This document shows, one piece after another, positions 1 through 11,052 of a stretch of DNA of 64,000 bases; position 1 is the stretch's first letter, and the number at the start of each line of letters is the position of its first letter. A program made the position numbers and the translations under genes. Source of the DNA: Folioceros fuciformis (Eukaryota); assembly GCA_049999805.1 (NCBI GenBank), contig JBNGIO010006232.1, forward strand, positions 1 to 64,000. Reading direction: 5' to 3'. The notes under the pieces are model-generated. The model ran no database searches, had not been told where the DNA came from, and worked only from the letters and a program-made list of their open reading frames with translations.

Positions 1-470
1 GTTCCCCAAGGACGCATCCCACTCGTATCCAAGTCTGATAGAGAGGTCATCAACTCTTCGCCCCACAACCAAGCCCTTCTTAGCTGTACACGTAACAAAG
101 TCTCTTTGCGCCCGACATTACAGGGCTTACACAGCCTCGGAAAGCTTCCTCTGCTGACACAACACCATCACCGTTACAGCCTTTACCACGCCCACTTCTT
201 ATCCTGCACTCGTGCCAGGTTCAAGATTATCTGGAGAGCTCGACTTGGAAGAAGAGACATCATGGCCCATCTGAAAATCCAAAGAAACGAGCTGCTCATC
301 AACCCAACCTGGCTTGAGCATGCTATTTAACCACAAGACCTCGCCAGCCCCTTACGACGGACATCAAGAGAACGGGAGCACCTCTCATCTCGTATATTGT
401 CCCACCACATCGTAGGATTCTGAAAAACTTCATGCCACATGTGGTCCAGCCCCTTGCGATGACCATCGTT
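1..470 (-). pseudogene. Frameshifted remnant of a PDF-motif (OSB-type) + PLS-class PPR gene, running off the left edge
   Basis: Minus strand reads MWHEVFQNPTMWWDNIRDERC..., then after a frameshift GEVLWLNSMLKPGWVDEQL, resembling the WxxxFxNPxxWWDN...ALWL..PxWV motif of organellar ssDNA-binding (PDF) repeats. Bases 1-90 read CTAKKGLVVG / GRRVDDLSIRLGYEWDASLGN across a 1-nt shift, like a PLS PPR repeat. In-frame stops lie between these segments. Confidence 0.5.
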
Positions 471-833
471 GGAGAATCCGTCCCCACTCAGACATTGTTT
501 CGGAAGTGGAAGTGCTGGGATCTTTAAACTGCTGTGCCTGGAGGATTTGTTGGCCAGGTGCTGACTCCCTGAGACTAGGTGAGAGGGATCTCCTCGCAGA
601 ATCCCTGTACACACTCTAATTTCGTGGGTCCACAACGGATCTGGCTGCCATACTGTGCACATAATTCCGAGAGACGCTATGGGAAGATGAGTCTAATACA
701 AACAGGCCACGGAAGGATCCCATGGTACTTTGCTTGTCATCCACACCATACGAGCTGGTCTGCCTCTAAGGAACTCAAGTCACTTAACGTAATCGCCAGG
801 CCCAAACACAAGGTGTGTGTGCTTAGCAAACTC

Positions 834-869
834 GTTGCACTCACTCGGAGGGTTGCACTCACTCGGAGG
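834..869. repeat. 18-bp perfect tandem duplication (gttgcactcactcggagg x2)
   Basis: Read directly at 834-851 and 852-869. Confidence 0.9.
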
Positions 870-1197
870 GAATCCGTCACTCTACAAACCAGTGTGAAAG
901 GAAACGAAACTTCGTTGCTTGAGCCCCTTGCGCCTCTACCAAATCCAGCATTGCTGCAACGTGGGTGGAAATGTAATTGGCGGCAGATGTCGATGTCTGG
1001 AGCTCGTACTCACAAACTTGGAAGAAGCTAAAATTAAGGAACGTGAACAGAACACGCTTCCGACCGCCACTGGGATGAACAACTGCAGGACTGTGTGTAA
1101 GCCATGTGTCCCTCCCTGGGCGTGCTTGATATGGTGAGTTTCTGTTTACGCTTGGTCCGTCTGCGAGTGACTGGTGACCTGAGGGCGGTCCAGCGAG

Positions 1198-3228
1198 ATG
1201 ACTGCCACTGCTGCTACGGCGTGTGCCCGGGACAGTCTCCTCGTCCGCATCGGCTGGCATGCTTCCGTTAGCAGTCCTTCGGAAGCTCGGGCCGAACGCG
1301 TGTCAGCAGCACGGAAATGCCCCGGTGGGGCTGCTTGCGCTGGATCCATTGGGAGCTTGACCAGATTGGGGCACCGGACTGAAACTTCGTGGAGAATGGC
1401 AAACAGGGATCGCAAGCAACGGATGAGGAGCGGTGTGGCGAGATCAGATCTTAATCCAGACGGAAACGCGCAGGGAATGGCTCCGGAGAATCCTGTTCTT
1501 CACGATATTCCTCACTTGCGTGAATATCTGCCAGGGCTGCCGACTTACGAGAGTTCGCTGGCTTACAATCCTTTCTTTCATGCTGTGCACGGGTTCTATG
1601 TGACAGACACCGACATGATCTCGGTGGAAGTGGCAGTGGATACCAACAAGCCCTTGCATCAGGCTCACTACCGCAGAGCTGGACCGCGCGAGAGAGTGTT
1701 TTACAAGGCAGAGGACGTGAAGGCAGCGATTGTGACTTGTGGTGGAGTTTGTCCTGGGATAAACACTGTCATCCGGGAATTGGTCAACACTCTTTGCTTG
1801 CAGTATGGTGTGAAAAATGTGAAAGGCATTGTGGCAGGATATCGTGGATTCTACGGTGCAAATTACAAGGACCTGAATCCTAAGGTTGTAGACGATTGGC
1901 ATAAGAGAGGTGGGACGATGCTTAGCACTACCAGAGGGGGATTTGACCTCAATAAGATCGTCGACAGCATTGAGGTATGTCAGATACTTGGGGAGGGACT
2001 GTGGGGCTAGTTTCAGAGATGTAAGTCTTTGCAGTCCTTTCCACGTTGGAAGGCTACAGTAGATTGTTTCGCGTTGTTGTCGATCCCTTCCAGTGCGTCT
2101 TTGCAGGCCCGTGGATTGAATCAAGTGTACATAATTGGTGGTGATGGAACGATGCGAGGTGCGACTGCAATTTTTGATGAGGTGCAGAGGAGAAAGTTGA
2201 AGGTTTCTGTAGTTGGCATCCCGAAGACCGTGGACAACGATGTGGGCATCATAGACAGGTGTTTTGGACNNNNNNNNNNNNNNNNNNNNNNNNNNNNNNN
2301 NNNNNNNNNNNNNNNNNNNNNNNNNNNNNNNNNNNNNNNNNNNNNNNNNNNNNNNNNNNNNNNNNNNNNACTGCCGTGGAGGCTGCACAAGCTGCGATCA
2401 ACGCTGCACACACCGAAGCGGAGAGTACGCCTAATTGTGTGGGACTGGTCAAGCTCATGGGCCGATACTCTGGACATATTGCAGTGCATGCGACGCTCAG
2501 CAACAGGGATGTGGATTGTTGCCTCATTCCAGAAGTTCCTTTTTTCATGGAAGGAAAAGGAGGTCTTTTAGAGTTTCTGGATCATCGAATAGCTGAGAAT
2601 GGGCACATGGTCATTGTTACGGCTGAAGGTGCGGGGCAACATCTGATACCACGAGGTCATGGAGATGCTAGGGATGAATCAGGCAAGTCTGGGTCCTCAG
2701 GGCTTCACAATTCCAACATGCAGTCCAAACCGTTTCTTCTGATATGTATTAATGTTCAGTTTGTCGCCTTGAACAGGGAACCTGTTGTTGCAAGACATCG
2801 GCTCCTGGTTGAGCAAAGAGCTGAAGCAGTACTGGAAGACAGTAAATCCTAATAAGCCGTTTGGTCTCAAGTATATCGATCCTACATATATGGTACGAGC
2901 TGTTCCAAGCAATTCCGCAGACACCCTCTACTGCACATTGTTGGCTCATTCTGCTGTACATGGGGCCATGGCTGGGTACACTGGATTTGTGGCAGGGCCA
3001 GTTAACGGGGGCTATTGTTACATACCTCTTGATAAAGTTGCAGCCACTCAGCACGTGGTTAATGTTAACGATAACAGATGGGCTTGGATCAGATCCGTCA
3101 ATAATCAGCCAGACTTTGCTGTCCCATCTGAGCAGAGCAGGGGTGACGGGAAAACCTCAGAATATTCGCAGGCACATGAGCAAAAGCAACCATTTCATGT
3201 ACTGGGCACTCCGGAAGCTGACGTATAG
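1198..3228 (+). CDS. PFK2: ATP-dependent 6-phosphofructokinase, plant PFK2-like
   Basis: Motifs [67 protein letters not shown]. Exons ~1198-1974, 2107-2682 (interrupted by N gap 2270-2369) and 2777-3228. The N-terminal extension may be a transit peptide; start codon uncertain. Confidence 0.93.
2270..2369. other. Scaffold gap (100 N) inside the PFK coding region
   Basis: Run of N. The flanks read IDRCFG...TAVEAAQ, so little coding sequence appears to be missing. Confidence 0.95.
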
Positions 3229-3352
3229 TGCCTTGTTGGAGGTTCTGTTTGTACCGATTAATTGAGACACAGGACATCTCTCTTTCCGCACAGTGTTCAC
3301 CCCGTATATTATTAGACTCTCCGACGAAGAAGCTGATTTTGGTTCATTTATA

Positions 3353-6300
3353 TTAATCCGACAGCAAGACAGACTCCACAGGCAAATGACCTAGACAAGT
3401 CAAAACAGATCTTCCTAGCACCTCACAGCTACCCGCTTCAAACTGATCTGCTTTAGCTCCTGCGACATCGTTCAGGAGGAACTTCACACGTCCTCGATGT
3501 CTCAGAATATCTGCATTTTGAGGTTGAATACTGTAAGCTCTATCTAAATCAAGGAAAGCTCCTTCGAGATCGCCTGTGAGGTATTTGGCTACACCTCTCT
3601 CTAGAAGTCCATATGCACTAGCTGTTTTTTCCGGCAGCGAATGGTTGAGGTCTGCCAGGGCCCCTTCATAATCTCCCAAGAGCCCTCTAATACTAGCTCG
3701 TATCCTGCAGCGCAAGGAACGGGGAAATAAGTGTATTATACAATGAGGTTCCCTTCTGGACATCATGTCAGATACAGTGCAACAACTCACAGCAGCGTGT
3801 AAGGGTTATCTGGCTTCAGCTCATTCGCTATATTCAGGTCCTCTAGTGCACCACGATGATCACCTAGACACCTTTTCACATTTCCTCTGAATCTGGTAAA
3901 ACCAAATATGTCAAACACAAACTCAAACAATCATCAACAACCCTTCAGAGAAAAAAAATGCGTACTTGAGGGTGTAGCTGTTCCGTGGATCCATGAAATT
4001 GCTCCTGGTTAAATCTCTAAGTGCCCCTTCGCTGTCACCTACGAGCCTTTTGACATTGCCTCTCAGCCTAGAAAGCCAAACTTGTGTCTTAGAACCATGC
4101 ACTTCAGAAGCAGGACCTAGCTCTACCCTCAAATATACGAGCAGGCACAGGAAACTGTACAGTACCTTAGGACATCGGTGTCATCTGGGTCTAATTCGCA
4201 ACTATGATCGAGATCTTCAAGCGCTCCTGTGTACTTTCCTAATAGGACCTTAGCTGTCGCTCGCAAGCTGCACATACAAAAAAACAGACAAACATCTAGC
4301 ATTCTGATCTAATACCTCAGATTCTATCAATTCATCAGAAACATAGTAGCTTACTTGAGAGTGAAGTTGTCGTTGGGGTATAGCTTATCAGCCTCATCAA
4401 GGTCATCCAAAGCTCCTTGAACATCGCCTGTGTTCAATTTCACGGCTCCCCTAATGCTGTTACCGCACAAACTTTCAAGCATTCAGCAAGAAGACTCCGA
4501 TATTGTTCTGGCAAGAGTAGGCGCTGATTAAACCTGAGCGTGAAACTTCTGTTGGGATCTTGCGCTCCATGTACTGGTTTGTCCAATACAGCACTGCAGA
4601 CATGGAAGAGAGTTTATTACGGTCCATGATCAGGAATAAGTGGGATGCAGGCGACTCATCCGAAGGAGATGGTTGTCACATACTAACTTGGACATGGACT
4701 TGCTGGAAGATAGCCGCTCAAGGGCCTTGTCCAGGGCTCTGTCAAGATCTTCCATTGCTCCTTGGTAGTCTTCCAAATGGAGCTTTGTGTTGCCTCTCAC
4801 TCTACACCACAGGCAACCCATGACTTTCAGTTGGCAACAGGAACAGAAACTCAGAAGTATGTTACTGTGTAAGGGCTTCTCGGATTCTTCATACGTGAGG
4901 ATGAAGTGGTCATCGGGCTCAATTTGGGCAGCTCTATCTAGATCCATCAACGCACCACGATAGTCACCGAGATTGAGCTTCACAGCTCCCATGACGCTGC
5001 ACGATAAACTATAACACATTCAGCCTTGATTCTGCAGCCACTGTCCTCTTTAGTCGTTAATATGGCTGGATGTGCATCAAATTTCGATATGCAAAAACTC
5101 ATACCTGAGAGTCAAGCTCCTGTTAGGCTCCAACTCGTTTGCCTTTTCCAGATCGTGCAAAGCCCCTTCGTTGTCATCCACACATCGCTTGATGTTGCCC
5201 CGAATTCTGAGACACGCCGCCTTTAATTAATGCGTGTCAAAAAACAAAAACTTCCGAATCACACCAGAAGGAGTTATCAGAGGGTACTGAAGGGTAAAGC
5301 TGTCATTGGGTGCGAGCTCGTCTGCTTTGTCCACGTCTGCCAGGGCAGCCTCATAGTCTTCAAAATGCACCAAGATAGCTCCCCTCATCCTGGGACACAT
5401 GCATAGCCAAGCCTTCAGAGTTCAAGACGCATTTCTGCTGGCTACTTCATCCAAGGTCAGATATCTACAATAACCCATCTATTGTCTGACCTTGTGCTGG
5501 TCTGTGCAGACGTTATCTGAGAGTGAAATGCACAATCCAAATGGGTGGAAAGCCTTACTGCAACGTGAGCACGTGGTCCGGCTTTAACTTGTACGATCTA
5601 TTCAGCTCAGCAAGAGCACCCTTCAAGTCCCCTAAGCTTGTCCTTAGATTCCCTGACTGGCGCAAAGTGGCTGCCAAAACCATATCAGCCTGCTGCTCAG
5701 GCTCCAAAATCGGTAGCCTTCCCTCCTCTGTGCATATGGAGAAAGCCATCTGCTGTACATCTTCCATGACACCTCCCAATACGGAAGACTCTAAACCTAA
5801 CTGTTTAACAAGAATTTTCCTCAGATCACCATGACCATAGGAAAGCAGAAAGGAGTTAAGCAGCCTTATCTTAGGCCCACGAGATCTTTCAATTGTCATA
5901 TCCGAACTCAAATGACCTAGATGAACCTGTAGGACAGAGGTGCCGATGTCTGCACGATACCGTGCCAAGAATCGGGCGACCATGGAGTGGACCCAGAAAA
6001 AATTCTGCAACAGCAAAAGGAAACACATCACTGCCATGAATATGAACAAGTCATGAACTTCACCATGTCATAAACTTTTGAAACTCCCAAGTATTCACCA
6101 CAGTGCGTAGGAATGCTTTCACACGCCATAACAAACGGTGAAGGGCAACTCTAACCTTATCACCGTTATGACACACCACACCTAACTGCACAAGATGCCC
6201 CATGAGCTGTGGAAACTGTGAAGCCAACTTGCCACCTGTGACCTCGAGTGCCAGCTCCACCACAGGTGCAGGAATCAGACATTCGCTCTCAAACAGGCTC

Positions 6301-9256
6301 ATTGCCTTGATTGCTTCCTGTTGTTCTGTTGGTAGGCGGCTAAGACACAGGTCGATTACCCCAATCAGTACTGAGTGAGGATCGGGACCAGGCAAACGTT
6401 TTGGTTCTATAACCCAGGGCTCCACATTCTGTTCTGGAGCAGGTGCCACCTTGATGCCATGATCAGAAATGCGAAAGGAATCTATTCGCCACGAACCAGT
6501 CTTTGTGGGAACTCCAAGGTTGTTGAGGAAAGGATCACTGAAGTTGCTGCGCATAGAGAGGAAGGACCCCTCCGTGACGAATCTCACATCATCTTTCAAA
6601 TTTGATGCAGCTGAGTATGAATTAACATCAAAGCATTGCAAGGATGGATCACTGAAGTTGCTCTTGCGCATTGAAAGGAAAGACCCATCGGCAACGCCCC
6701 TGACCTCATCTTTCAGGGTCATGGAAACTGAGTAGAAAGACGTATCGGCATCTGTTGACGTCGTTGTGGCTCCACTTTCTGACACCTTCTTCGTCAGGCC
6801 TTCGAGCAGGATTTGAAGGTCGGCAGACATATTGGCCCATGCAGTTGCATCTTTGCCTCGTAACATGCCACCAATGATGCTCACAGCAAGAGGGCAACCA
6901 CCACAGGTCTCAAGTATTTTGGTGGCTGACTCCTGAACAGAGCCAAACGCATCATCATTTTTCACTGCAAAGCTCAAGTTACGAAGCGTGTAGCTGACAA
7001 CCTTCACGGACATGGTGTGACATACCTTCCGGTCTAGATCAATAGTTGTCCATGAACATGACTCAAGTATCCGATGATCAACCTGTTTACCATAGTAATC
7101 ATCTGATCCAATCTGGATCAGGGTGCAGGAGGAAACTCCAGCACTCCCCACACACTGCGTCCGTATATTGTCATCAGTCAGCATACTTCCAGTCAGCCCG
7201 AGGCTACTTGTCACAAGTATCTTGCCTTTGTGCCCGGGGAACAAGAACTTCTCAACAATTTTTGGACTCCAGACCTCGTCCATAATCAAAAGCGACCGCT
7301 TTCCTGCTTTACACAAGGACGAATATTTTAAACATGACGGTCACCAAGGCATGATAACAACTACAGCATAGTCAGCAAAATGTGCTCACCTGAGAGTCTG
7401 GAAGCAAGTAACTGAGTTGTGTCTGCTTTCGACACACCTGGAGTCTCCGACACCTTTTCACCATCATAGGCCATTAGCATAATCAGCAGCTTCTGTTGCT
7501 CTATTATCTTCGTGTCTAATTCAGCCTCATCGCATTGTGCTCCAAATCTCTCACCAAAGTGTAAATAATACACACCACCAGGATAATCAAGACCTGAGAG
7601 CACCCCACAATTTCATAAGCAGGTGTACACTAGTTGACATGCAGCTCTCATATCTCGAGGTGTACGGAGCAAGATGGCATTGCGCTAAAAACGTCTGAAA
7701 CAACCACCTACACCAACTGCTCACCATTTTCAAGCTCAAGCGCAATGTCAAGGGCAAGGAGCGACTTGCCCATACCAAACATGCCATGAAGCAAGACAAC
7801 CTTATGCGGGCCAGATCTCAGAGTTTGCAACATCAGATCCGCAAGCCTCTTCACCCTTACATACGTAGGTGGCGTGTTTTTCAACCCCAGACCAGTGCAA
7901 ATTTCCTACAAGGGGAGAAGACCTCGATCAGAAGCTGGAATGCGCATCATTTTAGAGGACCCAAATTCGCCTTCCACTTACCGTTAATTGGCTTTTGCGT
8001 GAGAAGGCTCCACAAGTGACAGCTTGATCCCTCAATCTTGCCAGCTCTCTGTCCCAGTACTGCAATTTTGCAAGGAAATGACTGCCCAGTTTCTGTACGT
8101 CCTGAGCAGCATCCTGTGTGTAACTGATAGACGAGACCTAGGTGGCAATGAGACTGTGTCAGCTCTTCTCCCTACTTGCTCTTGATGTCCCGAGATATGT
8201 AGATCAGAGTTTACCATTGCCATGTGCCTAGAATTTGAATTCCTGAGAAATTAACTTTACAGTAACGTGCTACGCAGCAATGAGCTCGAGAAGCTTTCTA
8301 CTGCAAGATACCTGAGAACCACCTCTTGGCCGAAGACAGCATGCCAGCCTCCTCAGTAGTCCACCAGCTGTGCGCTCTGATTTGCTGATGCTCTTCCCTG
8401 GTGATTTCTTGCCTCCGACATCCTGATGAAGCAATCCTGCTGTGATCTCACCATCACTATTCGATCGTCCAAATCGCGCGATCTTCCCCTTCAGTACGTC
8501 AGGAGACGAAGATTCTGAGCCCTTTCTCATGGAACCTGCAGCTTTAGACCAACCAAACCAGGAACTGGTCCTTCTGTGACCTCCATTGGATGGAACAGTA
8601 GCCTTTGAGGATAACAGAGCTGTGTTGATCAGAAGTATTTCGTTGCTTTCCTCGTCCTCCAAAGCTGAGAAAAAGTCTTCGGAATCATCAAGGTGGCGGT
8701 TCTTTCGCTGAAAGAGCAACGATGATTTCTGTCCCACAGCCACCTACAAGCAAGAAACAGGCATTCAGACTGGAACCAGAGGATCATTTTTTCACTAAAG
8801 CTGAGGCTTTCATCAACTTCAGGTGATTTCGCCACGGCACAATCCCATCCACTGCATGCATGGCAAGGTTAGTCACATCTCGACATCAGGGATGTGTACC
8901 TCTTGTCGACCAGCGAGTCCAAGAGATGTTCCAGCCTGATGTATACCCTTCCGCAGTTTGTCAAGGGCGTTCTCCCCAGCACGAGACATAGGACGGCCAG
9001 ACCCACTTGCCTCGATCTCCTTGTCTAGAGCAGACAGCCTGCCAATAAAAGCCGTCACAAACTCCAGACTGTCGTTCTCAATAGATGGCGCATCGACTGG
9101 GCTCCTTTTCGGATAAACATCCTGCGATTGCAGAGAGAGCTTTTCCAGTATCACTCCAATTGCTCGCACATTGCTGATGATATCCGTGAGATGTTGATCA
9201 CCCATCGTATATCTGGCCGCAAGATTTAGTGCAGATTCCAATCTCTCTCTCAGCAA
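3353..9256 (-). CDS. NB-ARC (STAND NTPase)-TPR protein, NLR-like, with an unassigned helical N-terminal domain
   Basis: Spliced frame gives Walker A GMFGMGKS (7762-7785), Walker B/kinase-2 LLIMDEVW, RNBS-B KILVTS, GLPL-type GGCPLAVSIIGG and an MHD-position WVHSMV. These are followed by about 12 TPRs of consensus RGxVKxxLGDxxGALxDLxxAxxLxPxxxxxL. All junctions traced are GT-AG and in frame. The 5' end upstream of ~9256 is unresolved (in-frame ATG at 9205). Confidence 0.88.
6530..6718 (-). repeat. Internal coding duplication (~114-117 nt period) within the NB-ARC exon
   Basis: LKDEVRGVADGSFLSMRKSNFSDPSL vs LKDDVRFVTEGSFLSMRSNFSDPFL; ggatcactgaagttgct occurs at 6532 and 6646. Confidence 0.85.
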
Positions 9257-11052
9257 ACTGTCAGACAGATCCCGGCAGTTGGCTCACGGATGCCTACAAA
9301 CTTGGGTCTGGCTCGAAAGCATGTTTCTAAATTGTGTGTGTCTCAATCTGAACATAGAACTCAACCTCTTGTCCTCCAGTTGATGCTCGACAGATCAGAA
9401 CATCCACTACCACCAGTAATGTGAGCAGACCTGCCGTGATATCACAAACATACCCGTTCTCTTCAAAGGACTCATCAGGAAGGACGAGGAATATGAGTCA
9501 GGCCCAAGGGTGGAAGAAGACTGGATCCCAATTTCCAGAGAAATCAGCAAGCCCGTAGTTCACATCGCCCATGGGCACAGCCAGTGGTGAACGTTACGGG
9601 AAAAGTCTTGCATTGCAGAACGAGACTGCTCCAATCATCCAACACCCTTGCATCAAAATCAAGAAACCGCAAGAGAATTATCATTGCAGGGTCGGATGTG
9701 GGGACATTGAGGCAGATGGTGGAGCAACCAGGCGGTGATGTGGGGACTTAAGCGAGGAAGAGAGCTCCAGGACCAAGCATCTGTCTGGCCAGCTCTCGTG
9801 AGCTGGGCCTGAGGAGGACGGCAGAACAACACCAAACAGGAATAGCGAGGCTGGATATCCAGTCGGACGGATGCATAGTATATCAAGGCAGCCAACGAGA
9901 CAGCCACTGTGGGACAGAGATCCCGTGAAGCAACCATGACTGCCAGCAGAGAGAGGGTCTCCCAGAGCGGAGGCACAGTGACGAGATGTTGCAACCTTCA
10001 AAAAGTCAGCTGACATCCACGAAGTGCCAGGACACACCGCGCTCCAACAGCTCTGGCATGGGACCCCTGGAGACTAAAAGAAGATGGGCGTGGAGAGCGT
10101 CGTTCATGCAAACGGACGTGCTCACACGATCCGCCGGCTGCCATGGCCAAACTGGTAGACCATGGTCCACGAAAGGAGGGGGCCCACCGGCTCTCCTTCA
10201 CCTCATCCCAAATATGTATGATTTCCACACCTCTGCTGCAGGAACCTCTGCAACCAACTTCTCGCTCGATTCACGGACTCCTCGTACTCCCCACACCCTA
10301 CCTATTCTCATTGGAACACGTTGTCAAACCTACACGATCAAACCGACATACATTGTGTAGTGCATCTATCTACATCACCAGTGAAATTACACTACAGAGC
10401 AGGATTACACGCAAGGCCTCACACCTCCATGCAACTTTCTCCACGCAGCGAAGTAAACTGCTAGCACCAAATACAGTAAAGACTGTACATTCCTATTTAG
10501 GCTCCCCATCCAGGTCCTTACTGCAGTGTAGAGCTTTTAACCACGACTTTCTTAAGATACATCTGGACTGAGCCATCGAGCAACTCGGACATACATCATC
10601 TCTTTTCGTGGCTGTCGGAGACCTGGAGACGCCGAGAGGATGCAGGCGAACATGAAAAGGGTTGGTTGCGGAGGAATTAAATCTGTCGAAATATTTTAAT
10701 TTTTGGTTAAGGTTTGATTATGGTAGTCGGCAAGTGACGAAGAGTGGAGGGCTTCAAGCTTAGAGACCTCAGGGCGTGATGGGCAACATAGACTTCTGAT
10801 GAGAGCCCGTGTTCGTAAGGAGGCAAACCGGTGTGGAAAAGGCGGGAAGCTCAGGCCTTGAGAGTTTGGATTAACTAGGTTGTTCATAACCCGTGACATG
10901 AATCACAAGAGTGTTCACACACGAAGGAAGCAAACGTCGTGCCTTTGGTTGAAGGCAAACCAGCTGCTACTGGTGGGTGGGTTTGTCCGACAGACTTCTC
11001 CGAGGTCCTGAAGCAGGCGTCCGGGTCCTGCCTGGGTGGCTCGAGCTTCACC

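Noticed and set aside
9650-10600. Possible LINE 3'-end remnant (CGEYEESV-like string) on the minus strand upstream of the NB-ARC gene
   Set aside because: Too degenerate; no RT or endonuclease motif could be supported.
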